DNA of 64,000 bases from Somniosus microcephalus (lineage: Eukaryota). The stretch is taken from contig CM126205.1 in assembly GCA_052327205.1 (NCBI GenBank), positions 319,424,001 through 319,488,000 on the forward strand. Reading direction: 5' to 3'. Below the pieces are notes generated by a model. The model worked only from the letters and a program-made list of their open reading frames with translations. It did no database searches and was not told the origin of the DNA. A program made the position numbers and the translations under genes. Position 1 is the first letter of the stretch, and each line of letters opens with the position of its first letter. Positions 10,197 to 23,544 of this stretch are shown in pieces.

Positions 10197-11447
10197 CCGC
10201 CTGCTTCACGACGACATGCAAGCCGTGATCCTGACCAATGGTTCCACCACAGACCCAATTCACGTATGAACCGGGGTCAAGCAAGGCTGTGTCATCGCAC
10301 CAACGCTCTTCTCGATCTCTCACCCTCAGTAAGCTCCCTGCTGGAGTGGAGCTAATTTACAGAACAAACGGGAAACTGTTCAACCTCCGTCGCCTCCAGC
10401 CCAGATCCAAGGTCGTCCCATCCTCTGTCATCGAGTTACAGTATACAGACGACGCTTGCGTCTACGCTCACTCGGAGGTCGAACTTCAAACCATCGTCAA
10501 CACCTTCACCGAAGCGTACGAGAGCGTGGGCCTTACACTAAACATCCGTAAGACAAAGGTCCTCTACCAACCTGCCCCCGCCACACAGTACTGCCCCCTG
10601 ATTATCAAAATCCATGACAAGGCCTTGGACAACGTGGACCACTTTCCATACCTCGAGAGCCTACTGTCAACAAGGGCAGACGTCGACGACAAAGTCCAAC
10701 ACTGCCTTCAGTGTGCCAGTGCAGCCTTCAGCCACCTGAGGAAGAGAGTGTTTGAAGACCAGGACCTCAAACCCAGCACCAAGCTCATGGTCTACAGGGC
10801 AGCAGTGATACCTGCCCTGTTGTATGCCTCAGAGACATGGACCATGTACAGCAGGCACCTCAGAGCACTGGAGAGGTACCACCAACGCTGCCTCCACAAG
10901 ATCCTGCAAATCCATTGGCAGGATAGGCGCACCAACATCAGTGTTCTTGCTCAGGCCAACATCCCCAGCATCGAAGCTTGGACCACGCTCAATCAGCTCC
11001 GATGGACGGGTCCACATCATCCGCATGCCCAATACGAGACTCCCAAAACAAGCGCTCTACTCAGAGCTCCGGCACAGCTAGAGAGCCCCAGGTGGGCAGA
11101 GGAAACGCTTCAAGGACACCCTCAAAGCCTCCTTGAAAAAGTGTAACATCCCCACCGACACCTGGGAATCCCTGGCCCAAGACTGCACAAAGTGGAGGAG
11201 AAGCATCCGGGAAGGCGGCGAACACCTCGAGTCTCTTCGCCGGGAGCAAGCGGAAGCCAAGCGCAGGCAGCGCAAGGAGCGCACGTCAACCCAAGCACCC
11301 CACCCACCCACCCCTTCAACCACCGTCTACCCCACCTGTGACAGAGACTGTAGGTCCCGCATTGGACTCATCAGTCACCTGCAGACTCATTTTTAATGTG
11401 GAAGCAAGTCATCCTCGGTTCCGAGGGACTGCCTAAGAAGGAGAAGA
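10197..11447 (+). mobile_element. RTE (BovB-like) LINE, 5'-truncated and degraded
   Basis: RT motifs GVKQGCVIAPTLF and LQYTDD; C-terminal CPTC-like/SRIGLISH segment; short GAA-type tail; stops and frameshifts present. Confidence 0.85.
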
Positions 11448-11486
11448 AATACAAGTTGTTGTTGTTGATTTACGGAATCTTCGACA

Positions 11487-11723
11487 TGGCCGCCTTGGCT
11501 CAGTTGGTAGCATGCTTGCCTTGGAGTCAGAAGCTTGTGGGTTGGAGCCCCACTCCAGAGAATTGAGCACATAATCTAGGTTGACACTCCCAACCGAGGG
11601 AGTGCTGCACTGTCGGAGGTGCCGTCCTTCGGATGAGACGTTAAACCAAGGCCCCATCTGCCCTCTCAGGTGGACGTAAAAGATCTCACTGCATTGTTCA
11701 AAGAAGAACATGGGGAGTTCTCC
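11487..11723 (+). mobile_element. DeuSINE (SacSINE1-like), partial
   Basis: tRNA-like head TGGCTCAGTTGG plus Deu core GGAGGTGCCGTCCTTCGGATGAGACGTTAAACC. Confidence 0.75.
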
Positions 11724-11992
11724 ATCTATTGAAAGGATACAGAAGCGAGGAACCAGAATAATTGAGGGGATGGAAGGATTGGATTATGAGGAATGATTAT
11801 GTAAATTGAGCATGTTGACACTGGAAAATAGAACGTTTTGATGTGATTTGATTGCTGTTTTCCAGGATTCTAAAGGGACTGGATGGTGTTAGACCAGGAC
11901 GAGCTGTTTCACCTTGTCCGGAACAGTGGAACCAGAGGACACGGTCTGCGCTTGAAGTGGGGGTAAATTCAAAACTAATCCGCGGCAACAAT

Positions 11993-12767
11993 GGCCCAGA
12001 ATTTGCGGTCTGTGTGACGGCCAACTGGCAGCGTTCGCTGTCATTTCGTCTTTGAAACTGACCGCAACTTCAGGATAACCGCGTCTGTCATTCACTGCTC
12101 CTCCGCAGGCTGCGCTGTGCCTCTACCCATCCCCGCCCCCCACCCACTCCCCCCCACACCACCCCTCCAGAGCCAGCAATCCGTGAACTCGCTCAAATCA
12201 GGGAAACTGATGAAAACTTCGGCTCTTCCGCAGTAATAACGCTGTTAAATACCCCATTAAAAGTTAGACCCAAAGGGATTAGGTGTAACTGGGGTTTTAA
12301 CAGTGTATTGACTGCTAAACAAAGGTTATGGCCCTGAAAATCTCATTTTAATTTTGTGCTGTGTCAAATTTATCCATTTTAATAGAAATTAAAATTTTTA
12401 AGAAACTTAAAAAAAAATTACGTTTTTTTTTCAAGTTTGTTCATCTTTATTTCAGGTTTGCCTTGTCCCCAATGTGAGAGCCCCAATCTTTGTTTTGCTC
12501 TCTCTAACATTTTTAAAAAGTTAGAATTTTAAGAGCTTCCTCACTTCCTGGTTCGCTGCCGGTGAGAATTCTGCCTTTTGATTGACTGCTTAGACGGCCT
12601 GTTGACATCACAGCAGCTCGCGCTAGGGGAGCCCCACTACTTGAATTGAATTACACGTCGGAAATCCCGAACTTCTCGACGCAGAGATTGCGAGATCTTC
12701 ATGCGGAGCATAAGCCTGGGCAAGCGACAAGCCCCTTCGCTTCGCCTCTGACCGCAAATCCCGGGCC
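11993..12767. mobile_element. PIF/Harbinger-like MITE
   Basis: 18-bp TIRs GGCCCAGAATTTGCGGTC / GACCGCAAATCCCGGGCC (2 mismatches), 3-bp TSD AAT; interrupts a CR1-like 3' fragment. Confidence 0.8.
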
Positions 12768-13061
12768 AATATTCAAGTAAGCGAGGGGTCAATCTATGGA
12801 ACAGGCGCCCGAGGCAGACGGAGGACAGAGGAAGCTATGAGTATCAATTCATTCAAATACAAATTAGAATTTTTCAGAAAATAAAATTTTGGGTTTACAG
12901 TATATGAGTAATTTGAGGAAAGAGGTGACTTTGGACCTCTGGTTCCTAAAGCTCTCCACCACTGGGGGTTTTCCTCACCTCAGGTCTGGGTCTGTTGTAG
13001 ACTCACTGATAGAGATTGATCACTGTGATTAGTCAACAACTCCATTATTGTTGTGTCAGGC

Positions 13062-14210
13062 GATTACCAGGATGGTAGAAGGTGAACGAGATTACCAGGA
13101 TGGCAGAAGGTGAACGAGGTTACCAGGATGGCAGAGGGTAAACGAGATTACCAGGATGGTAGAAGGTGAACGAGATTACCAGGATGGTAGATGGGTGAAC
13201 GAGATTACCAGGATGGTAGAGGGTGAACGAGATTACCAGGATGGTAGAGGGTGAACGAGATTACCAGGATGGTAGAAGGTGAACGAGATTACCAGGATGG
13301 TAGAAGGTGAACGAGATTACCAGGATGGTAGAGGGTGAACGAGATTACCTGGATGGTAGACGGGTGAACGACATTACCAGGATGGTAGACGGTGAACGAG
13401 ATTACCAGGATGGTAGAGGGTGAACGAGATTACCAGGATGGTAGAGGGTGAACGAGATTACCAGGATGGTAGAGGGTGAACGAGATTACCAGGATGGTAG
13501 AGGGTGAACGAGATTACCAGATGGTAGAGGGTGAACGAGATTACCAGGATGGTAGAAGGTGAACGAGATTACCAGGATGGTAGAAGGTGAACGAGATTAC
13601 CAGATGGTAGAGGGTGAACGAGATTACCTGGATGGTAGACGGGTGAACGACATTACCAGGATGGTAGAGGGTGAACGAGATTACCTGGATGGTAGACGGG
13701 TGAACGAGATTACCAGGATGGTAGACGGTGAACGAGATTACCAGGATGGTAGAAGGTGAACGAGATTACCAGGGTGGCAGAGGGTGAACGAGATTACCTG
13801 GATGGTAGAGGGTGAACCAGATTACCAGGATGGTAGAAGGTGAATGAGATTACCAGGATGGTAGAGGGTGAACGAGATTACCAGGATGGTAGAGGGTGAA
13901 CGAGATTACCTGGATGGTAGACGGGTGAACGACATTACCAGGATGGTAGACGGTGAACGAGATTACCAGGATGGTAGAAGGTGAACGAGATTACCAGGGT
14001 GGTAGAGGGTGAACGAGATTACCTGGATGGTAGAGGGTGAACCAGATTACCAGGATGGTAGAAGGTGAATGAGATTACCAGGATGGTAGAGGGTGAACGA
14101 GATTACCAGGATGGTAGAGGGTGAACCAGATTACCAGGATGGTAGAGGGTGAACGAGATTACCAGGATCGCAGAGGGTGAACGAGATTACCAGGATGGTA
14201 GACGGTGAAG
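13062..14210. repeat. 28-bp minisatellite GAGATTACCAGGATGGTAGAGGGTGAAC, ~40 copies
   Basis: Direct tandem repetition with no unique spacers. Confidence 0.95.
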
Positions 14211-14394
14211 GAGATGGTCCTCGATCTTTTCTCGTCCAGCAATTCCTATGTTTAAACATCACTCTGAAATGCAATAGTAAGACAATTAGAACATGGAATG
14301 ACAATGCGAGGAGGAATGAATGTGTTGGACGGTGTATTTTGGGAAATCTAAATTGCTTTTAAAGCTTTTTGTCGGCTCTGCTGGTGCTCCAGTG

Positions 14395-14995
14395 GCAAGT
14401 ACTGAAAAGCAGAGAGGTCGCGTTGAACTTGTGTACAACCTTGGTTAGACCACACTTGGAGTACTGGGCACAGTTCTCGTCTCCGTGTTTCAAAAAGGAT
14501 AGAGAGGCACTGGAAAAGGTGCAAAAAAGATTTACAAGAATGGTCCCCGAATTGAGAGGTTATACCGATCAGGAAAGCCTGAACAGGCTGGGGCTCTTTT
14601 CTCTAGAAAAGAGAAGGCTGAGGGGTGACCGACCAGATAGAGCTCTTTGAAATTATGAAGGGGTTCGATAGCGTAGACGTAGAGAAGATGTATCTGCAAA
14701 TAGGGCAATCCAAATCTAGGGTCATAAATATAATAAATCCAATAGGGAATTCAGGAGAAACTTCTTTTCCCAGAGAGTGGTGAGAATGTGGGACTCACTA
14801 CCACAGGGAGTGGTTGAGGCGAATAGTATAGATGCATTCAAGGGGAAGCTGGATAAACACATGAGGGAGAAGGGAATAGAAGGATATGCTGATGGGGTGA
14901 GATGAAGAGGGCTGGGAGGAGGCTGGTGTGGAGCATAAACACCGGCACAGACCAGTTGGGCCGAATGGCCTGTTTCAGCGCTGTAAATTAATTGT
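14395..14995 (+). mobile_element. CR1 3' fragment
   Basis: [15 protein letters not shown]...LEKVQKRFTRMVP; terminal GGGCCGAATGGCCT motif. Confidence 0.85.
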
Positions 14996-15249
14996 AAAAT
15001 ATATTGCCTGCTGTGAACCAGTGATGAATCCACAGACCAAGTTGGGTCCTCTTCCTGTGTATGCGTATCTGTATTGTGTGTATATATATGTGTGTGTGTG
15101 TCAATGTTCCCGCTAATCTGCACGGGCGCACAGCCTGGGACCGGCTTTTCAAATGTGAAATGTCGCACATGAGCAAAACTTTGAATGGGCCGCGCAGCCC
15201 GTTAAAGGGACGGCGTTCCCCCCCCCAAAATAAATTAGGGGAAACATTG

Positions 15250-15710
15250 AAAGAAAGACTTGCATTTATATAGCGCCTTTCACAGCCTCAGGACGTCTCA
15301 AAGCGCTTTACAGCCAATTAAGTACTTTTGAAGTGCAGTCACTGTTGTAATGTGGGAAACGCAGCAGCCAATTTCCACACAGCAAGGTCCCACAAACAGC
15401 ATTGAGATAACGACCAGATCATCTGTTTTTGTGATGTTGATTGAGAGATAAATATTGGACAGGACACCGGGGAGAACTCACCTGCTCTTCTTTGAAACAG
15501 TGCCATGGGATCTTTTACGTCCACCTGAGAGAGCAGACGGGGCCTTGGTTTAACGTCTCATCCAAAAGACGGCACCTCCGACAGTGCAGCGCTCCCTCAG
15601 CACTGCACTGGAGTATCAGCCTGGATTTTTGTGATCAAGTCTCTGAAGTGGGACTTGAACCCATGACCTTCTGACTGAAAGACGAGCGTGCTGCCCACTG
15701 AGCCACGGCT
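15250..15710 (-). mobile_element. DeuSINE (SacSINE1-like), near full length
   Basis: tRNA head, Deu core and L2-like tail on the minus strand. Confidence 0.75.
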
Positions 15711-15824
15711 TAAAGCCAATTTGCACACAGCAAGCTCCTACAAACAGCAACGTGATAATGAGCAGATAATCGGTTTGGTGATGTTGATTGAGGGAAAAAT
15801 ATAGGCCAGAGCAGCTTTCTTGTG

Positions 15825-16295
15825 CATGTGTGTGTGTATATCTGTATGTGAGTGTGNNNNNNNNNNNNNNNNNNNNNNNNNNNNNNNNNNNNNNNNNNNN
15901 NNNNNNNNNNNNNNNNNNNNNNNNNNNNNNNNNNNNNNNNNNNNNNNNNNNNNNNNNNNNNNNNNNNNNNNNNNNNNNNNNNNNNNNNNNNNNNNGTGTG
16001 TGTGTATTTGTGTATATCTGTATGTGAGTGTGTGTNNNNNNNNNNNNNNNNNNNNNNNNNNNNNNNNNNNNNNNNNNNNNNNNNNNNNNNNNNNNNNNNN
16101 NNNNNNNNNNNNNNNNNNNNNNNNNNNNNNNNNNNNNNNNNNNNNNNNNNNNNNNNNNNNNNNNNNNNNNNNNNNNNNNNNNNNNNNNNNNNNNNNNNNN
16201 NNNNNNNNNNNNNNNNNNNNNNNNNNNNNNNNNNNNNNNNNNNNNNNNNNNNNNNNNNNCTCTGTGTATGTATGTATGTGTGTGTGTGTGTGTAC
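15825..16295. other. TG-rich microsatellite region with two N gaps (15857-15995, 16036-16259)
   Basis: N runs flanked by (TG/TA)n sequence. Confidence 0.95.
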
Positions 16296-16909
16296 ACACT
16301 GTTAGATGCACAGTTCCCTCAACTTGAGGTGGATGACATCGCTGACAGCGGGGAGCCGAGGCCCCAGCCCACTCCGACATGTGGTGTTCATCTTGGACCA
16401 GCTGTTGAGCAGAGTCGGCATAAAACCAAAAACAAGCCTGCTCTCTTTAAATGTCGGAGAGCAGGGGAGAGGTGGGGGAGGGGAGGGGAGGGACGGGACG
16501 GGGATGGCAAGCTACTGATGGGACTCCCTCTACAACACCTGTCGATAGCAGAACTCGTGCTCCAGCCTTGACTGCCATCTGTGTTTCGAAGATTAACGAT
16601 GAAAGTGGTCGCAGCCACAGTCTTCTTTAATACTGGTCCAAAGGCAGAATAAAAATGCTCTTTGTTTGTTCTTTTCAAGGGCAAATTTAGAGAAATCAAA
16701 CTTTTGTGTTGAAGTGGAACTATGGACCGAGTTCAACGATCCAAGGGCCGTAAAAGAATTAAAGATCAAACAGCACCTTCCCTCAGTAATTGTGCCTGCG
16801 GGACCCGTGTTGTAATCCTGTAGTTATTGTGTTATTGCAAGTCACTGTGGATAGCTCATTGTTATTCTGCAAAGCTCTCCTTCCAATAGTTATAACAACT
16901 GCATCAATA

Positions 16910-17305
16910 GAGTTTAAAATTCTCACCCTTGTTTTCCAATCCCTCCGCGGCCTCGCCCCCTCCCTATCTCTGTAACTTCGTCCAGGCCTACAACCCTCCC
17001 GGATCTCTGCGCTCCTCTGATTCTGACCTCTTGAGCATCCCCGATTTTTATCGCTCCACCATTGGCGGCCGTGCCTTCAGCTGCCTGGGCCCTAAGCTCT
17101 GGAATTCCCTCCCTAAACCTCTCCGCCTCTCTCCCTCTCTCTCCTTTAAGACGCTCTTTAAAACCTACCTCTTTGACCAAGCTTTTGGTCATCTGGCCTA
17201 ATATCTCCTTATGTGGCTCGGTGTCAGATTTTATTTGATAACTGAAGTGCCTTGGGACGTTTTACTACATTAAAGGTGCTATATAAATACAAGTTGTTGT
17301 TGTTG
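16910..17305 (+). mobile_element. L2 3' tail
   Basis: FKILTLVFQSLRGLAP segment; ends AAGTTGTTGTTGTTG. Confidence 0.8.
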
Positions 17306-17489
17306 GGTGTACAGTACAGAACTATATGACATGCACACACTAGATCAGGGTAAAGTGTTCAGTGCAATACTATATAATCATGTAAGTACTAAAATTCCAT
17401 TTACTTTATTGAATTTTCAAGGAAGGTGTTTGATAAGGTGCCACCTAAGATGTTTGTAGCAAAAATGAAGACACGTAGTATTAAACACA

Positions 17490-18190
17490 GGAACACAGGA
17501 ACAGAAGGAGGCCATTGAGACCCTCCTGTCTGGTCCACCATTCAGTGAGATCATGGCTGATCTGTGACCTAACTCCATATACCCGCCTTTGGCCCATATC
17601 CCTTAATACCTTTGGTTAACAGAAAATTATCAATCTCCGATTTAAAATTAACAATTGATCTAGCATCAATTGCCATTTGCGGAAGAGAGTTCCAAACTTC
17701 TACCACCCTTTGTGTGTAGAAGTGTTTCCTAATTTCACTCCTGAAAGGTCTGACTCTAATTTTTAGACTATGCCCCCTAGTCCTAGAATCCCCAACCAGC
17801 GGAAATAGTTTCTCTCTATCTACCCTATCTGTTCCCCTTAATATCTTGAAAACTTCAAACAGATCACCCCTTAACCTTCTAAATTATAGGGAATACAACC
17901 CTAATTTGTGTAATCTCTCCTCGTAACTTAACCCTCGGAGTCCGGGTATCATTCTGGTAAACCTACGCTGCACTCACTCCAAGGCCAATATATCCTTCCT
18001 GAGGTGTGGTGCCCAGCACTGCTCACAGTGCTCCAGGTGTGGTCTAACCAGGGTTTTGTACAGCTGCAGCATAACTTCTACCCCCTTGTATTCTAGTCCT
18101 CGAGATATAAAGGCCAGCATTCCATTCGCCTTTTTGATTATTTTCTGTACCTGTTCATGACATTTTAATGATCTATGAACCTGGACCCCA
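17490..18190 (-). mobile_element. CR1 3' fragment
   Basis: Reverse complement matches the CR1 at 63035-63310 (ACAAAACCCTGGTTAGACCACACCTGGAG...). Confidence 0.8.
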
Positions 18191-20944
18191 AAGGGAGAGT
18201 AACCCCATAGATCGAGGGATAGCTGAGGTGGTCGGAAGCAGGTAGTGGAGGTAAATGGAAGGGTTTCTGATTGACGGCTGATCGAATGAACGTGCCCCCA
18301 GCTTGTTGTGCTTGACCTCTGTTACTTTCCATTGATGTAAACAATTTGAACGTAGGTGCAAGAGGAAGAAGACTGATGTTTGGTTTTAAAAATTCCAGAT
18401 TAGAGGCCACAGTAAACTGTGTGAAAGACTAGAGGATGACAGACATACTAGCAGGGTGGGCAGGTAGTTGGCAGATACAGTTTGATGTAGAATAATGTAA
18501 GGAGCAGAATTTTGGGGGGAAAGAACAATAAAAAGAAGCATAATCTAATTGATAAGCTACTTAAAAGAATTGAGGAATGGAGTGGTTCAGGAGTGCAGAT
18601 AAATAGGATTTTGAGATAAAGTGCATAGGTAAAAAAGGCAAATGGGATTCTGGGTTTTATATGTGGGGACATTGAATATGAATGAAAGGAAGTGATGTTG
18701 AATTTATACAAGGCATTGTTTAGGCAACAGTTTGAGTATTGAATACAGAATTGGATAAATACTTGAGAAGGAAAAAATTTGCAGGGCAATGGGGAACGTG
18801 CAGGGGAGTGGGACTAATTGGAGAGCAATTTCAAAGAGCCGGCACAGGCACGATGGGCTGAATGGGCTCCTTCTGTGCTGTAAGATTCTATGATACCAGC
18901 CTATAAACAATTAACACATGGCATTAACTACATGTCATTCCCCCCAACCACTAATTGTAACGGAAGCCTTAAAATGAAAGGGTTAACGACTTAGTTTAGT
19001 AGCTGGGCAAGTGCCCACTGACCTGCTAATGACCCAGAACTTGCTGGCCAAATAACGGCCAAGTTTAATTGGCACGACATTATTAGTGCGTAAATAGCCC
19101 AGCACTGTGTGGCGAGGAATCGCACAAACGCCACAAGTTGCTGGATGATTTACACCACTCCGCCTCCTCTCTTAGACGAGGTGATCTCCGCCCCGGCCAG
19201 GAACAGGTCCAGCTCTCGCTTGAAAGAATTCAGCAAATCGGCATCCATCGCACCAGCCGGCAGCCTGTTCCAGAGGTCCACTATTCTCTGGGAAAAGAAC
19301 CCACCTCCTGACATAGAACCATAGAACAGTACAGCACAGAAGGAGGCCATTCGGCCCATCAAGTCTGTGCTGGCTATTTCGAGGAGCAATCCAGTTAGTC
19401 CCACTCCCCCGCTCCTTCCCCATATCCCTGCAATTTTTTCTCCTTCAAGTATTTATCCAATTCCCTTTTCAAGGCTACTATTGAATCTGTATCCACCGCC
19501 CTATCAGGCAGCGTGTTCCAAATCCTAACCACTCGTTGCGTAAAAATGTTTTTCTTCATGTCGCCTCTGGTGGCCTAGATCTGGCCTTCCACAACTTAAA
19601 CTTGTATCCTCGCCCCCCCCCCCTCCCCTCCCCTCTCCGTCTGCCTCAGTAGGGAGACGTTATTTTTCTTTTGGTTGGGTGCATGTGAGGAGAGTTTCAT
19701 CAAAGGGTGAGTTGATGGCTGGTAGCGTTGCCTGTTGCCTTTATCGCCAGCTCTGCCTTTCATGGACCGCCCTGCAAAAAAATATAATCAGGTTTTCTTT
19801 TTTCTGATCTCCTCGGCAGGAGGTTTCCATTAACCACAGAGCTCTCTCTCGCTCTCTCTTCCTCCACGGGCCAAATCTCTCTGCTGACATTAAGCAGTTG
19901 CCGGTACTCTCCTGATCTGTGCTGGCAGTGGGGAGTGTTGTGGGGGTTTGGTGGTGGAGCAGCTGAATAGTGGGTAAGGACGCCACCATGAGGTGAAGTA
20001 TTGAATTGCTCTCCTAAATTAACTGTTCCGTGTTTTGAGAAAATTCCGTTGAAAGAGAGAACTTGTATTTCTGCAGCGCCTTTCACAACCTCAGGACGTC
20101 CCAAAGCGCTTTACAGCCAATGAAGTACCTAGTGGAGTGTAGTCACTGTTGTAATGTGGGAAACGCGGCATCCAATTTGTACACAGCAAGATCCCATGAA
20201 CAGCAATGTGATAATGCCCAGATAACCTGTTTTATAGTGATGTTAGTTGAGGGATAAATATTGGCCCCGGGACACTGGGGATAACTCCCCTGCTCTTCTT
20301 CGAAATGGTGGCCGTGGGATCTTTTACATCCACCCGAGAGGGCAGACGGGGCCTCGGTTTAACGTCTCATCTGAAAGACGGCACCTCTGACAGTCCAGCG
20401 CTCCCTCAGTCCCGGCTCCAGGGGAGAAGACAATGTAAATCAGGAATTTACTGATTATAGGCAGGCCATGTTTGGGACAGATAACGGAAAGAAAGTTTGA
20501 GGGAAGCAAGGCATTTTACAGTTTGAGTTCCTGGGAAAGTTTAACTTAAAGCAGGATACCATGCATTGAGTCTTGATTTGCACACAGCGAGGAGAAAGGA
20601 AGTGTTGAACCGTATGGTGAAGGGGAGGAAGTTGTTATAATTATATAAAGTTCTGGTCAGACCCCATCTGGAGCACCGCGTTCGGTTCTGGGCACCACAC
20701 CTCAGGAAGGGTATACTGGCCTCGGAGGGGGGGCAGCGCAGATTCACCAGAACGATACCGGGGCTAAAAGGGTTAAATTATGAGGACAGGTTGCATAAAC
20801 TTGGCTCGAGTTTAGAAGATTAAGGGGTGAAATAATTGAGGTGTTTATAAGATGATTAAAGGAGTTGATAGGGTAGATAGACTATTTCCTCTGGTGGGGG
20901 GAGTCCAGAACAAGGGGGCATAACCTTAAAATTAGAGCCATTTT

Positions 20945-21075
20945 AGTTTAAACCCTCCCCAACAGCACTAGCAAACACTCCCCCTAGGACATCGGTCGCG
21001 GTCCTGCCCAGGTGCAAACCGTTTAGTTTGTACTGGTCCCACCTCCCCCAGAACCGGTTCCAATGTCCCAGGACG
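20945..21075 (-). mobile_element. CR1 ORF1 (esterase-like) C-terminal fragment
   Basis: Minus-strand LGHWNRFWGRWDQYKLNGLHLGRTATDVLGGVFASAVGEGLN*. Confidence 0.65.
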
Positions 21076-21424
21076 ATGCAAAGAGGCTTCAAGGGGATAT
21101 AGACAGGCTAAGTGAGTGGACAAGAACATGGCAAATGGAAGATAATGTGGAGAAATGTGAAGTTATTCAATAGCAAAATACTGCAGATGCTGGAAATCCG
21201 AAATAACAACAGAAAATGCTGGAAAATCTCAACAGGCCAGGCAACATCCGTGGAGAGAAAATAGAGTCAACGTTTCAGGTCAAAACCCTTTGTCAAGACA
21301 TTCAGGGGTGATGTCAGGAAGCACTTCCTCACACACAGGGTAGTGGAAATTTGGAACTCTCTCCCCCCAAAAAGCTGTTGGGGGTCAACTGAAAATTTCA
21401 AAACTGAGATTGATAGATTTTTAC

Positions 21425-21996
21425 AATAGCAAAATACTGCGGATGCTGGAAATCTGAAATAACAGCAGAAAATGCTGGAAACACTCAGCAGGCCAGGCAG
21501 CATCCGTGGAGAGAGAAACAGGGTTAACGTTTCAGTTCTGTCACCCTTCGTCAGAACTGGAAAAAGTTAGAGATGTTAGAGATTTTAAACAGGTGCAGGG
21601 GCAGGGAAAGGCAGGGAGAGGAGGAAAGAACAAAAGGGACAGTCTGTGATAGGGTGGAAGGCAGGAGAGATTAAATGTTGCAAATGGGGATGGCAGAATC
21701 ATCAAAAGCTGCCATGTGAAAGAATAGGGGCAGAGGTTATGGTCTAAAATTGTTGAACTCAATGTCGAGTCCAGAGGCTGTAAAGTGCCCAATCGAAAGA
21801 TGAGGTGCTGTTCCTCGAGCTTACGCTGAGCTTCATTGGAACAGTGTAAGAGGCCGAGGATGGAGAGGTCAGAGTGGGAGTGGAGCGGTGAATTAAAGTG
21901 ACAGGCGACCGGAAGCTCGGGGTCACCCTTACGGGCTGAACGGAGGTGTTCCGCAAAGCGGTCACCCAATCTGTGTTTGGTCTCCCCAATGTAGAG
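21425..21996 (-). mobile_element. Penelope-like element 3' fragment (GIY-YIG endonuclease plus pseudo-LTR)
   Basis: Minus-strand LYIGETKHRLGDRFAEHLRS...PVACHFN...RKLEEQHLIFRLGTLQP followed by pLTR sequence. Confidence 0.9.
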
Positions 21997-22202
21997 GATT
22001 TTTGAAAGGTTTTTGTTGGGCAAGGCTATTAAGAGTTACAGAACCAAGGTGAATAGATGGAGTTGAGCTGCAGATCAGCCATGATCTCATTGAATGGCAG
22101 AACAGGCTCAAAGGGCTGAATGGCCTCCTCCTGTACCTATGTTCCTCTGGAGAAATGATGCCCAGTTAGTGACCCAAGACCACAGAAAGGAACAATAATG
22201 AC

Positions 22203-22300
22203 CTGCAGTGCAGAGAACTGTCTGCTGGTGGCGCTGCAGGGAGCAAAGAGCTCCTGTGGATCAACAGCGCCGCCTGCAGGTCTAGGGTGGTACTACAACT
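22203..22300. promoter_or_regulatory. Convergent pair of CTCF-like sites with upstream motifs
   Basis: Plus: CTGCAGTGC..TCTGCTGGTGGCGCT; minus: TTGTAGTACC..CCTGCAGGCGGCGCT. Confidence 0.55.
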
Positions 22301-23544
22301 GGCCCGGTTTCCCTCTTTAAACAAGGTTGCAAGATGTAATCACTACAACGACATTTTTAATCCTAGTTTTCTTATAATAGGCAATCCTTTAGTTGGGTGG
22401 CCAGCCGCCATCTCCCTGGAATTCCCGTAGATCAGCATTGGGTTTCCCCCCAACCCCGGCCTGCCTCTTGAAAGATTTCATGTTAACTCGGTCCCTCCTT
22501 TTCACCCTGTGTGTATGGCACTGGACTGACCACCAAACTGCACCTGTAAATATGCCATCTCTCTACAGTGACACTCCAGCGCAGTGCCGAGGGAGTGCTG
22601 CACTGTCGGAGGCCCCGTCTACTCTCTCAGGTGGACGTAAAAGATCCCATGGCACTATTCCGAAGAAGAGCAGGTGAGTTATCCCCGGTGTCCTGGCCAA
22701 TATTCATCCCTCAACCAACTTCACTAAAACAGATTATCTGGTCATCATCATGTTGTTGTTTGTGGGAGCTTGCTGTGCGCAAAATTGGTTGCCGCGTTTC
22801 CTACCTTACAATAGTTTCTTTTTTATTTTATTTCCTCACTCTTGCCGCTACAGGCCTGAGCACATAATCTGAGCTCTCACTTTCTGACAACACTGACACA
22901 GTGTTGCATTAAAGCCCCATCTGCCTGTTCAGGAGGGTGTAAAAGATCCTATGGCATTATTTGAAGAAAAACAGCAGAGGTCCCCTGGTGTTCTGACCAA
23001 CAATTATCTCCCCACCAATACCAGCAAACATATATTAACTGGTCATTCAATAGCTGTTTGTGGGACCTTGCTGTGTACAAATCATAAGAACATAAGAAAT
23101 AGGAGCAGGAGTCGGCCATTCGGCCCCTCGAGCCTGCTCCGCCATTCAATAAGATCATGGCTGATCTTCTACCTCATCTCCACCTTCCTGCACTATCCCC
23201 ATATCACTTGATTCCCTTAATATTCAAAAATCTATCGATCTCTGTCTTGAATATACTCAACGACTGAGCCTCCACAGCCCTCTAGGGTAGAGAATTCCAA
23301 AGATTCACCACCCTCTGAGTGAAGAAATTTGTCCTCATCTTAGCCCTAAATAGTCCTTCTGCAGAGGAACATAGATACAGGAGGAGGCCATTCAGCCCTT
23401 CGAGCCTGTTCCGCCATTCAATGAGATCATGGCTGATCTGCAGCTCAACTCCACCTATCCGCCTTAGTTCTGTAACCCTTAGGACTACCCTGTCAAGCCC
23501 TGTAAGAATGTTTTATGTTTTTTATGTTTGTAATCAGCTGGAAG

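Noticed and set aside
13062-14210. CRISPR-like 28-bp repeats (also the 32-bp array at 23545)
   Set aside because: Head-to-tail units with no unique spacers, no cas genes, and a vertebrate context.
15616-16571. Long ORFs spanning X runs
   Set aside because: Artifacts of the N gaps.
19980-20000. Perfect Kozak GCCACCATG as a gene start
   Set aside because: Followed by an in-frame TGA after one further codon and only a weak splice donor; no supporting downstream exons.
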